From assembly GCA_021325135.1 (NCBI GenBank), contig JAJPHT010000014.1, positions 42,111 to 106,110 of the forward strand: 64,000 bases of DNA, given 5' to 3'. The DNA is from Pseudomonadota bacterium (GTDB taxonomy: Archaea; Thermoplasmatota; SW-10-69-26; JACQPN01; JAJPHT01). The position numbers and the translations under genes are program-made. Positions 18,294-26,991 of this stretch are shown here, piece after piece (positions within the stretch are counted from its first letter, which is position 1; each line of letters opens with the position of its first letter). The notes under the pieces were generated by a model that was not told the origin of the DNA, ran no database searches, and saw only the letters and a list, made by a program, of their open reading frames with translations.

Positions 18294-18752
18294 ATGAACC
18301 CCGAGGAGAACCTCGCCAAGCTCGGCCTCGCCCTGCCCGCGCCCGGCAAGCCCGTCGCCGCCTACGTGCCCACCGTCCGCACGGGGAGCCTCGTCTACGT
18401 CGCGGGGCAGCTCCCCTTCGTCGAGGGCAAGCTCCCCAAGACGGGGCGCCTGGGGGAGAACGTCAGCATCGAGGAGGGGCAGATGTTCGCGCGCCAGTGC
18501 GTGCTCAACGGCCTCGCGGTTCTCAAGGCCGAGATCGGCGACCTGCGCAAGGTCAAGCGCGTCGTGCGCGTGGGGGCCTTCGTCGCGTGCGCCGACACCT
18601 TCGCGGACCAGCCCAAGGTCGCCAACGGCGGCAGCGAGCTTCTTCAGCAGGTCTTCGGAGAGAAGGGGCGCCACGCGCGCGCCGCCGTGGGGACCAACGC
18701 GCTGCCGCTGGGCGCGCCCGTCGAGATCGAGTTCCTCTTCGAGGTGGAATAA
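18294..18752 (+). CDS. RidA/YjgF family protein
   Basis: AAYVP, YVAGQLP, VANGGS and GRHARAAVG..LPLGAPVEIE. Confidence 0.9.
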   Translation: MNPEENLAKLGLALPAPGKPVAAYVPTVRTGSLVYVAGQLPFVEGKLPKTGRLGENVSIEEGQMFARQCVLNGLAVLKAEIGDLRKVKRVVRVGAFVACADTFADQPKVANGGSELLQQVFGEKGRHARAAVGTNALPLGAPVEIEFLFEVE

Positions 18753-18753
18753 G

Positions 18754-19158
18754 TCAGACCGCCGCGCCGCAGCGGTCGCAGAACTGCGCGCCGGGGCGCG
18801 CGACGCGGCCGCACGCGGCGCACGCGGGGCCCGAGCCCTGCGGCCGCGCGTCCTCGGTCCACCCCTCGCGGGCGGCGCGCGCCGAGACCTCCAACGCGGG
18901 GGCCGTCTCGCGGGCGACGTAGCGCGAGGCCGGACCCAGGTAGGCCCACCACGTGGCCTGGAAGCCGCCGCCGAGCAGCAGGATGCCGAGGAAGATCGCG
19001 GGAGTGACCCCGAAGGCCGGGTCGTTGGTGAGAACCGGCGCAGGCTCCGTGGCCGCCTGCACAAACCGCACGAGCACGTAGCCGAAGCACAGGACGCCCA
19101 GCGCCAGCAGGACGGGGCCAACCACGCGGAGGACGCGAGCCCCCTGGGGGGATGCCAT
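18754..19158 (-). CDS. 2-TM protein with C-terminal zinc ribbon
   Basis: MASPQGARVL, two TM, then CAACG...FCDRCG. Confidence 0.75.
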   Translation of the reverse strand: MASPQGARVLRVVGPVLLALGVLCFGYVLVRFVQAATEPAPVLTNDPAFGVTPAIFLGILLLGGGFQATWWAYLGPASRYVARETAPALEVSARAAREGWTEDARPQGSGPACAACGRVARPGAQFCDRCGAAV

Positions 19159-19266
19159 CGGCCAGGCAAGCCCCGGACGTAACAAGAAGGTGCGCACGCC
19201 CGATGGGGCCGGCCCCCGCCCGTCCTCACAGCCTTTATCTGCCTCTCCTGTGGTCGCGCCGCGACG

Positions 19267-20082
19267 ATGGCCGCGACGCAGCAGGCTCCCGCCCGGGAGC
19301 CGGACCGGGAGATGCGCGCCTACATGGCGATCACGCGCAGGCTCCCCAAGGTGTTCGGCGTCGGCGCGTTCGCCAACGTGCTCAAGCGCCTCTACGCGCG
19401 CAAGCCGCGGGCGCCCGTCGTGTGCGAGGTCCACGGCGCGCGGATGCTCCTCGACCCCAACGACGAGTTGGACCGCGAGCTGATCTTCACGCCGCAGCTC
19501 TACGACCGCGAGATGCTGGACTTCCTGCGCGCGGCGCTGAAGCCGGGCGACGCGTTCCTCGACGCGGGCGCGCACGTGGGGGGCTTCACCGTCGTGGCCG
19601 CGCCCCTCGTGGCGCCGGGCCGCGTGCTGGCCGTGGACGCGGACCCGCACGTCTTCTCCATCCTCCGGCGGAACGTCGAGATGAACAAGCTCTCCAACGT
19701 CGCGCTGGCGAACGTCGGGCTCTCGGACAAGCGCGAGCGGCTGAGGTTCCACCGCGGCGACGAGGGGCTGCGCGGCGTCTCGAACTTCATCGACGGCACC
19801 GGCGAGAGCGAGCTGGACCTCAAGCCCCTGGCGGAGGTCGCGGCGGAGCACGGCTTCGAGAGCTTCGCGGGCGTGAAGATCGACATCGAGGGGTTCGAGT
19901 TCCGCGTGCTGAGGCGCTACCTGGAGGACGTGCCGCGGGAGTGCTGGCCCCGCTTCTTCATCGTCGAGCGCCTGCCGCACCTCGTCGAGAGGGCGGGCGG
20001 CGACGTCGTCGAGCTTCTCCGGTCAAAAGGGTACGAGGTCCGCTGGAGCCGGGCGGCGGACCACGTCATGGCGCTGCCCTGA
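19267..20082 (+). CDS. FkbM family methyltransferase
   Basis: FLDAGAHVGGFT and VKIDIEGFEF motifs. Confidence 0.88.
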   Translation: MAATQQAPAREPDREMRAYMAITRRLPKVFGVGAFANVLKRLYARKPRAPVVCEVHGARMLLDPNDELDRELIFTPQLYDREMLDFLRAALKPGDAFLDAGAHVGGFTVVAAPLVAPGRVLAVDADPHVFSILRRNVEMNKLSNVALANVGLSDKRERLRFHRGDEGLRGVSNFIDGTGESELDLKPLAEVAAEHGFESFAGVKIDIEGFEFRVLRRYLEDVPRECWPRFFIVERLPHLVERAGGDVVELLRSKGYEVRWSRAADHVMALP

Positions 20083-20182
20083 GCGCCTCCGGACCCCGGG
20101 GGCGACGGGAGCGCGCCTCAGCCTCCGAGCGCGCGGCCCGGGCCCCCGGGGCGGAGGGCCTCCGATGGCAACACCTTCAGCG

Positions 20183-20365
20183 TCAGTTGAGCGCGGCCTC
20201 CACGTGGGCCACGACGCCCAGGCTGGCCACGCGGGCGCGAAGCTCGTCCCGGCACGCGAGGCACGGGGGCGACGCGCCGCCGCAGAGCGGGCAGCCGGAC
20301 ACGCTGCCGATCTCGCCGGAGCGCGGCCCGCGCCGCAGGAGCGAGAAGGAGGCGAGCGCCCTCAA
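20183..20365 (-). CDS. zinc-finger micro-protein (60 aa)
   Basis: TTG start overlaps the upstream TGA; CPLCG...CLAC. Confidence 0.55.
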   Translation of the reverse strand: MRALASFSLLRRGPRSGEIGSVSGCPLCGGASPPCLACRDELRARVASLGVVAHVEAALN

Positions 20366-20490
20366 GCCCGCACCCCCGAGGCCGCGCGGGCGCACAGGTT
20401 GCACAGGGCGCCGCTCCCCCCGAGGCCGGGGCAGAAGGGGCAGGAGGTCCGGGCCGCCGCGCGGGGGAGGAAGGGGTTGTGGAACGTCAT
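20362..20490 (-). CDS. zinc-finger micro-protein (42 aa)
   Basis: Manual translation MTFHNPFLPRAAARTSCPFCPGLGGSGALCNLCARAASGVRA*. Confidence 0.55.
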   Translation of the reverse strand: MTFHNPFLPRAAARTSCPFCPGLGGSGALCNLCARAASGVRA

Positions 20491-20676
20491 CGAGGACGGA
20501 CCACGGGGGGAGGGGGTATAGCCTGGGTTGAACCCCCTTGGACGATGTCCGCGACCGTTTCGCGAGAGCGTATTCTCTCGTGGAACTGCGAGGGCGGGGG
20601 GCCCTTCCAGCCGCAGGCGGGCGAGGTGGTCCCCGCAGACATCGGCTTCTTATCGGGGAACCCGATTGGCAGCGCC

Positions 20677-21834
20677 ATGGAGTTCGCCATCACCGAGGAG
20701 CAGAAGCTGCTCCGCCAGACGGTGCAGGAGTTCGTCGCCAAGGAGATCAGCCCCCACGTGGAGGCGTGGGAGGAGAAGGGCGACGTGCCGGACTCGGTCT
20801 TCCGCAAGCTGGGCGAGATCGGCCTCCTGGGCGCGCCCATCCCCGTGGAGTACGGCGGCGCGGGGCTCGACGCGGTCACCTACGCGATGCTCACCGAGGA
20901 GCTTGCCAAGGGGTGCTCCTCCCTGCGGACGACCATCAGCGTCAACACCTCCCTCTTCGGGATGAACGTCCTCCTCTTCGGCAGCGAGGCGCAGAAGAGG
21001 TTCTATCTGCCCAAGATCAGCAGCGGCGAGAAGCGCGGCGCGTGGGCCCTCACCGAGCCCCAGAGCGGCAGCGACGCCGCGGGCCTGCGCACCACCGCGC
21101 GCAGGAAGGGGGACCACTGGGTCCTCAACGGCCACAAGATGTGGATCAGCGACGGGGGCAAGGCGGACTACCACGTCGTCTACGCGCGCACCGACGAGTT
21201 CGATCCCAGGACGAAGCGCAACCACATCGCGACGTTCGTCGTCCACAAGGACGACCCCGGGTTCAAGGTGGGCAGCGTCGAGAGCAAGACGAAGCTGGGC
21301 CTGCGCGCGAGCCCCACGGCGGAGCTTCTCTACGAGGACTGCACGATCCCCGCGGACCGCATGCTCGGCAAGCCCGACTCGGGCTGGGAGCAGGCGAACA
21401 AGATCCTCAACGGCGGCCGCCTCAGCGTCGCCGCGGGCGCGGTGGGCATCGCGCAGGCCGCGCTGGACGCCGGCATCGCCTACGTGAAGAGCCGCGAGGC
21501 GTTCGGCAAGAAGATCGGCGAGTTCCAGCTGGTCAAGGAGCACGTCGCGTACATGACGCTGGAGGTGGAGACGATGCGTCTCCTCGTCTACAAGGCGGCG
21601 TGGATGAAGGACCAGGGGCTGGACAACCGCCTCGCGGTCTCCCTGGCCAAGCTCCACGCCGGCGAGGCGTGCACGCGCGTCACCGAGCGCGCCGTGCAGC
21701 TTCACGGCGGTAACGGCTTCTCGGGCGAGTACCCCGTGGAGCGCTACTGGCGCGACTCCAAGATCATCGGCATCTACGAGGGGACCAACGAGATCCAAAA
21801 AATCATCGTCGCGGGAGAAGTGCTCGATCGCTGA
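20677..21834 (+). CDS. acyl-CoA dehydrogenase
   Basis: WALTEPQSGSD, KLGLRAS, QLHGGNG and IYEGTNEIQ. Confidence 0.95.
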   Translation: MEFAITEEQKLLRQTVQEFVAKEISPHVEAWEEKGDVPDSVFRKLGEIGLLGAPIPVEYGGAGLDAVTYAMLTEELAKGCSSLRTTISVNTSLFGMNVLLFGSEAQKRFYLPKISSGEKRGAWALTEPQSGSDAAGLRTTARRKGDHWVLNGHKMWISDGGKADYHVVYARTDEFDPRTKRNHIATFVVHKDDPGFKVGSVESKTKLGLRASPTAELLYEDCTIPADRMLGKPDSGWEQANKILNGGRLSVAAGAVGIAQAALDAGIAYVKSREAFGKKIGEFQLVKEHVAYMTLEVETMRLLVYKAAWMKDQGLDNRLAVSLAKLHAGEACTRVTERAVQLHGGNGFSGEYPVERYWRDSKIIGIYEGTNEIQKIIVAGEVLDR

Positions 21835-22017
21835 GGCGATCTCGCACTTCTCCCGTCGACGGGCTCAGCCGCTTCGCGGCTGAGGTACTGGCGCCTTCGG
21901 CGCCAGGGCGGCCCGGCTCGCTTCGCTCGCCGCTGGCAGAATCGCCCTTAGGGGGCGCTCCGGCGGCGCTTCGCGCCGCCTCCGGCCCCCAGCAAGGAAT
22001 CCATGCGATTCTGCCAG
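21812..22017. repeat. cluster of GC-rich hairpins with TTCG-containing loops between convergent genes
   Basis: CTCAGCCGCTTCGCGGCTGAG, CTGGCGCCTTCGGCGCCAG, GGCGGCGCTTCGCGCCGCC, plus the CTGGCAGAATCGC/GCGATTCTGCCAG stem. Confidence 0.7.
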
Positions 22018-22033
22018 GGGACGACGACGAGGC

Positions 22034-22423
22034 TCAGCCCAGCCCCAGGAGGGCTTCCGCGAAGTCCGCCATCTGGGCGCGGCTGGCGAAGCGGACGTAC
22101 TCGGCCTCCAGCTCGTCGCCCTTGCCCCCCTCGCGGGCCAGCATGAGGAGGAGAAGCTCGCCCTCCTCCCCGGGGGCCACGGTCGCGGCGAGGCGGAGCT
22201 TGCCGTCCGAGGGGCCCTCCACCTCCGCGAGGCGGCGCTTGGACTCCAGGGCCTCCAGGAGCGACTGGGCGAAGCCCGAAAGGGCCTCCCGGGGGGCCGC
22301 GAGGCGGTAGGGCGCTTTCAGGCCCGGCCGCTGGATGGCCACCTCGTAGCCGGCGGGCGCGCCGCGCACGGTGAGCGCGCTCTCGTCGTCCTCGTGGGTC
22401 AGCAGGGGGTCGTTGCCTGGCAC
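22034..22423 (-). CDS. hypothetical protein
   Basis: 129-aa ORF with normal globular composition filling a gap. Confidence 0.55.
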   Translation of the reverse strand: MPGNDPLLTHEDDESALTVRGAPAGYEVAIQRPGLKAPYRLAAPREALSGFAQSLLEALESKRRLAEVEGPSDGKLRLAATVAPGEEGELLLLMLAREGGKGDELEAEYVRFASRAQMADFAEALLGLG

Positions 22424-22506
22424 GCGTCCACAACGGACCCCTCCGGGATTGCCCTTTCGGGAATCGCCGCCACCTTCAAGAACGACCTGCGGGAGAGGGC
22501 GGCAGC

Positions 22507-22926
22507 ATGGCAGAGACGCCCTCCTCCCCGAAGGACGTGGCCGACATGCTCGACGCGCTGGCGAAGCGCATCCGCGCCGATCCCAACTTCCGGATGACGC
22601 CCCCGGCCCGCGGCATGCAGGTCGCCCCGGCGTCCGCGGGCGTCGAGATCAAGGAGGACGCGGAGGGCCCCCAGATGGGCGCCGTGGACGTGTTCCGCGA
22701 CGAGCGCGCCGTCACCGTGACCGTGGAGACGCGCAACGCGGACGCCGCCAGCGTCCACGTGAGCCTCGCGGACGGGCGCCTGCTGATCAACCTGGGCGAG
22801 GGGCCCCACGCGCTGCGGCGCGACCTGGACCTACCCGCCGCCGTGGATGAGGACGCCGCCTTCGCGACCTTCCGCAACGGCATCCTCGACGTCGTCCTGC
22901 CCCTGCGCGGCACCGTCAAGCGCTGA
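22507..22926 (+). CDS. Hsp20/alpha-crystallin-like protein
   Basis: VDVF....VTVTVE...LPAAVD....ATFRNGILDVVLP. Confidence 0.75.
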   Translation: MAETPSSPKDVADMLDALAKRIRADPNFRMTPPARGMQVAPASAGVEIKEDAEGPQMGAVDVFRDERAVTVTVETRNADAASVHVSLADGRLLINLGEGPHALRRDLDLPAAVDEDAAFATFRNGILDVVLPLRGTVKR

Positions 22927-23187
22927 GCGCGCCTCCGCGAGGCGCGGCAGGTACACCTTCTCCAGGCTCGACGTGCGCTTGCGCTTGCGGCGCTTGAACT
23001 CGCGCAGCGCGATGGGGCAGCTCACGTGCGCGCAATACTTGTGCCCCAGGCTCGTCTGGTTGTAGGCGCCGCACCGCTGGCACTCGACGCCCAGGTTGTT
23101 GCCGAAGAAGACCACGTTCTCCCCCGCCGTCCGCACGCCGACGCGCAGCGTGAGGGGCGACGGGAGCATGGAGGGCGCGCTGGCCAT
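22831..23187 (-). CDS. putative small zinc-binding basic protein
   Basis: Coupled to the wHTH stop; CQRC...CAHVSC and KRRKRKR. The tail overlaps the Hsp20 gene antisense. Confidence 0.55.
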   Translation of the reverse strand: MASAPSMLPSPLTLRVGVRTAGENVVFFGNNLGVECQRCGAYNQTSLGHKYCAHVSCPIALREFKRRKRKRTSSLEKVYLPRLAEARSALDGAAQGQDDVEDAVAEGREGGVLIHGGG

Positions 23188-23741
23188 CAGCTCACCGCCA
23201 GGGGCTCGACGGGCGCGGCCAGCGGCGGGGCCACGGCCCCGAACCTCGCGGCGTCCTCGGGCGAGAGGCTGATCTGATAGCGCGCCAGGAGGCCGCGGAC
23301 GAGGTCGGGCTCGCTGAGGGCGTAGCGCCCCTCGGGGCGCCCGCCCGTGCGCGTGACCACGCCCTCCACCACGAGGCGGTTGACGTGGAACGAGAGCGTC
23401 GAGCGCGAGACGCCGATGACCTGGCAGAGCTCGCGCTGCGTCATGCCGGGGCCCGGCAGCAGCGCGTAGACGATGCGGCGCGGCGCGTCGTGGCGCAGGA
23501 GGCTGAGCACCTCCTTCTCGCGGCGGCCCACGCCCGCGTGGGTGAAGTAGCGCTTGTAGCGGCCGTCGCGGCGCGCGACCACGAGGCCCGCGCGCTCCAG
23601 GCAGTCGAGGTGGTACAGGGTGGTGCCCAGCGGCATGTCGCACCGCCGGGCGACGTCACGGAGGTGTGCCCCCGCGTGGGCGGCCACGCAGTCGTGGATG
23701 GCCTTGCGGGAAGGCACGCTGAGGATGGCGTCGTCGTGCAT
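23187..23741 (-). CDS. double winged-helix (ArsR/MarR-like) regulator
   Basis: G.HLRDVAR..DMPLGT..YHL..LE and PGMTQRELC..IGVSRSTLSFHV; GGAGG SD. Confidence 0.85.
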   Translation of the reverse strand: MHDDAILSVPSRKAIHDCVAAHAGAHLRDVARRCDMPLGTTLYHLDCLERAGLVVARRDGRYKRYFTHAGVGRREKEVLSLLRHDAPRRIVYALLPGPGMTQRELCQVIGVSRSTLSFHVNRLVVEGVVTRTGGRPEGRYALSEPDLVRGLLARYQISLSPEDAARFGAVAPPLAAPVEPLAVS

Positions 23742-23908
23742 GGTATCCCCTCCTTGCGAGACCGGATGGCGCTTCACGGGGAAGCCGACGCACCGGTTCC
23801 GGCCCCTTCCCCGGAGCCGCTTTGGGGCTTCCCGTTCCACCGGGGGGAGTGGTCGCTCGCCTCGCCCCGGGCGAAGCTTGATGGGAGCGCCCGGCTGACC
23901 GCATCGCG

Positions 23909-24211
23909 ATGGTCCGCCAGGTCCCGGGCGCCGGCTTCCGCGCCTCCGACCTCCCGCCCGGCCGCGTCGCCGTGCTCTTCTGCGCCGACTGGTGCGGCTA
24001 CTGCCACCGCTTCCTGCCGCACTTCAAGCGCGTCCGCGAAGGGTGGGTCGTGGACGTGAGCGACGAGGACGACCCCCTCTGGGACATCCACGCGCTGCGC
24101 GTCGTGCCCACGGTCATCGTCTTCCACGACGGCGAGCCCGCGAAGCGCTGGGAGGGTGTCCTCGCCGCGCACCACGTCGAGCAGGTCGAGGCCGCGCTGC
24201 GGGCCCCCTGA
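23909..24211 (+). CDS. thioredoxin family protein
   Basis: ADWCGYC and VVPTVIVF. Confidence 0.85.
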   Translation: MVRQVPGAGFRASDLPPGRVAVLFCADWCGYCHRFLPHFKRVREGWVVDVSDEDDPLWDIHALRVVPTVIVFHDGEPAKRWEGVLAAHHVEQVEAALRAP

Positions 24212-24236
24212 GGCGGCGTCGGCTGGGATGGCTTTT

Positions 24237-25295
24237 TCAGGCCCGCCCGCCTTGGCCGGAGCGATGCGGGTCATCGCCTTCACGGGCATGCCCGGCGCCG
24301 GGAAGGGCGTCGCGGCCGAGGTCGCCAGGAAGCAGAACATCCCGGTGCTGCGCATGGGCGACTTCATCTGGGAGGAGGTGCGCCGCCGCGGCCTGCCCAT
24401 CGACTCGGGCAGCGTGGCCGAGGTCGCGATGCAGATGCGCACCGACTTCGGGCCCGGCGTCTGGGCCGAGAAGACCGTGGACCGCATCCGGCAGCTCCAC
24501 CCCAACATGGCGGTCATCGACGGCGTGCGCAGCGAGGCCGAGCTGGAGGTCTTCCGCCACAGGCTGGGCCACGACTTCACGCTGGTCGCCATCCACGCCT
24601 CCCGCCCCACGCGCATGAAGCGCCTCCTGGTGCGCGGCCGCGAGGACGACGTCAAGGACGAGGGCGAGTTCATCGCCCGCGACGAGCGCGAGCTTGGCTG
24701 GGGCCTGGGGCGCGTCATCGCCCTGGCGGACGTCATGCTGGTGAACGAGGAGACGATGCCCGACCTCGCGCAGCAGGTGGAGCGGATGATCCGCGGCGAG
24801 CCGGTCTACAAGGGGCTGCGCTGAGGGTCGGCTCTTCCCGGTCCTGCCGCCTCCGGCGGGGAAGCCGCGAATCGCCGAACCACCGCCGAGAAGCGCGGGG
24901 TGGACGAAGCGATGCCACCCGTCCTTGAGCCGGGGCGAGTTGAAGTTGACCAGGATTCCCACCGGCTTTCCCGAGGCCCTCAGATAGCTGACGATCTGGC
25001 TGCGATGGATCGGGAGCAGGGCCTCGACGGCCTTGATCTCGACGGGGACCTCGCCCGCGACCAGGAAGTCGACCTCCCGCGCCCGCTGGACGTGCAGACC
25101 ACGGTATTCGACGTCGAACTCGAACTTCTCCGCGAACGCGATCCCGAAATGGCGCAGCCCATGGGCAAAGAGGGTCTGGTACGTCGCCTCCCGGTAGCCT
25201 GCCCCGACGTGCCGGTGGAGGTCGAACGCCAGCTCGCGCACCCGATCCACGATCGACTCCACGTCTGGGGGGACGGAATCCGGCCCATGCGTCAT
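24237..25295 (-). CDS. GxxExxY family PD-(D/E)XK protein (domain ~24900-25295; frame open to 24237)
   Basis: GAGYREATYQ, VDFLV...VEIKAV and QIVSYL...GILVNF. Confidence 0.8.
   Translation of the reverse strand: MTHGPDSVPPDVESIVDRVRELAFDLHRHVGAGYREATYQTLFAHGLRHFGIAFAEKFEFDVEYRGLHVQRAREVDFLVAGEVPVEIKAVEALLPIHRSQIVSYLRASGKPVGILVNFNSPRLKDGWHRFVHPALLGGGSAIRGFPAGGGRTGKSRPSAQPLVDRLAADHPLHLLREVGHRLLVHQHDVRQGDDAPQAPAKLALVAGDELALVLDVVLAAAHQEALHARGAGGVDGDQREVVAQPVAEDLQLGLAAHAVDDRHVGVELPDAVHGLLGPDAGPEVGAHLHRDLGHAARVDGQAAAAHLLPDEVAHAQHRDVLLPGDLGRDALPGAGHAREGDDPHRSGQGGRA
24264..24824 (+). CDS. UPF0200 P-loop kinase (dephospho-CoA kinase-like)
   Basis: TGMPGAGK, MGD..W, IDGVRS..E and RDERELGWG. Confidence 0.85.
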   Translation: MRVIAFTGMPGAGKGVAAEVARKQNIPVLRMGDFIWEEVRRRGLPIDSGSVAEVAMQMRTDFGPGVWAEKTVDRIRQLHPNMAVIDGVRSEAELEVFRHRLGHDFTLVAIHASRPTRMKRLLVRGREDDVKDEGEFIARDERELGWGLGRVIALADVMLVNEETMPDLAQQVERMIRGEPVYKGLR

Positions 25296-25405
25296 CGCAT
25301 CGTGCGTTGGCGAGCGAGACGTAACCCTTCTTCGGGAATCGCACGACGTTCCCAAGCCGGAGATTCGGCGATTCCGAGATTCGCGGCTTCCCTGCCGGAG
25401 GCGGC
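24846..25405. repeat. 28-bp inverted repeats bracketing the GxxExxY domain
   Basis: 24846-24873 GCCGCCTCCGGCGGGGAAGCCGCGAATC versus 25378-25405, one mismatch. Confidence 0.85.
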
Positions 25406-25421
25406 GAAACCAGGGAGGAGC

Positions 25422-26894
25422 TCAACCAAGCGTGCGCGCGAACTCCACGAGCCCCGCCTTCGTCCCGCCCAGGTCCCGGCTCTTGGCGAACGCCACGTTG
25501 AGGCGCCCGTCGGCGGAGAACGCCACCGAGAGGTAGTCAAGCTCCTCGCGGTCGCTCGCGCACGCCGCGCCCTTGGGGCACATGGGGCCGGTCTTCACGG
25601 GCTCCAGGCTCACCTTGTCGACGCCCCACGAGGCGTTGAGGGAGGGGCGGTGCGCGACGTAGGCGAACCACGGCGAGTCCTTGGGGGCCTTGGTGGGGTC
25701 GCCCGTGGCGATGCCTCCGTACCAGCCCACGGCGATCTCGCCGTCGCCCCGCGCCGCGACCCACGGGAGGAAGTTCAGCCCCTCGGAGCGCAGCGCGACG
25801 GGCGCGCTCCACGACTCGCCCAGGTCCGTGGACTCGCTCTCGAAGACGGTCATGGTGCGGTCCGTGCGCGCGGCCCACGCTACGGCGACCCGGCCCGTGG
25901 CGTCCACCGCGCCCTGCACGGCCCACAGGTTGTCGAACCCCTGCGGGACTTTGGCCACCGTGCGCGAGCGCCACGACGCGCCCCCATCGGTGGAGACCGC
26001 GAGCCGGACCTCGCTGGGGTTGTGCCAGTCGTCGGTGCCCTGCGTCCAGTCCACGAAGCCGTAGGGCATGACGTAGGTGCCGTTGCCCACCCAGCGCGGG
26101 TGCGCGATCTGGTAGTCGCCGTTGCTGGCGGTGGGGACCACCGTCACGGGGTTGCCCCACGTCGCGCCGTGGTCCGTGGACCAGACCGACTCGATGGACA
26201 TGAGCGCGTCGGCGCGATAGCTGGGATCGCCCGCGCTGCGGATGGCGTTCTGGACGCCGTGGAAGTAGGCGTAGAAGAGGCCCACGGTGCCGTTGGGGCC
26301 CGCGACGAGCCACTGGCGGTCGACGCCGCCGAGGCTGTCAAGCGTCGTCACGGGCGCGCTGGTCCACGTCTGGCCGCCGTCGCCACTGGCCTCCACGAGG
26401 TAGCTCCCGTAGCGGTTGTTGGGCGAGAGGCCGTCCACGGCAGGGACGGGCGCCACGGCGGGCGAGCCCCAGTTCCACCAGTCGGTGGAGTAGACCCAGC
26501 CGTCAGGGGACGCGACGACATCCGCGTCGCTGCTGCCGAAGGGCCTCCGCGTGCCCTGCACGCTGCCCAGGGGCGTGTCGCGCTGCGGGCTGCGCAGCGT
26601 CTCCCACGAGGAGCCGTTGTCCTTGCTGCGCCAGAGCCACGCCGCGCCCTGCATCTCGTTGGGCCGCTCCTGGCTGCCCGCGACGGCGGTGATCCAGAGC
26701 GTGCCGTCCGCCGCGACCGCGACGTTGGGCTCCGCGCCGTTGGTGGGCTGGTCCATGGCCTTCGGGGGCGAGAAGACGAGGGGCGAGCCGTCGAGGCGCG
26801 CGACGCTGGCGGCCTTGAGGTCGCCGCCGCCCACGCTCGCGCAGCCGGGCGCCAGGATCGCGAGGGCCAGGACCAGGGCCAGCCGGGGGGACAC
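25422..26894 (-). CDS. BNR/Asp-box (sialidase-fold) lipoprotein
   Basis: Lipobox LAPGC; Asp-boxes SKDNGSSW, SGDGGQTW, STDHGATW, STDGGASW and STDLGESW. Confidence 0.85.
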   Translation of the reverse strand: MSPRLALVLALAILAPGCASVGGGDLKAASVARLDGSPLVFSPPKAMDQPTNGAEPNVAVAADGTLWITAVAGSQERPNEMQGAAWLWRSKDNGSSWETLRSPQRDTPLGSVQGTRRPFGSSDADVVASPDGWVYSTDWWNWGSPAVAPVPAVDGLSPNNRYGSYLVEASGDGGQTWTSAPVTTLDSLGGVDRQWLVAGPNGTVGLFYAYFHGVQNAIRSAGDPSYRADALMSIESVWSTDHGATWGNPVTVVPTASNGDYQIAHPRWVGNGTYVMPYGFVDWTQGTDDWHNPSEVRLAVSTDGGASWRSRTVAKVPQGFDNLWAVQGAVDATGRVAVAWAARTDRTMTVFESESTDLGESWSAPVALRSEGLNFLPWVAARGDGEIAVGWYGGIATGDPTKAPKDSPWFAYVAHRPSLNASWGVDKVSLEPVKTGPMCPKGAACASDREELDYLSVAFSADGRLNVAFAKSRDLGGTKAGLVEFARTLG

Positions 26895-26991
26895 GGGGCG
26901 CGAGTGGCCGGCCCGATTCAAAGGGTTTGTGCAGGCCCGCTTCATCAAGCGCGCCACAACGTTGATGGCGACCTTCCCTGGCTAACGGGGC

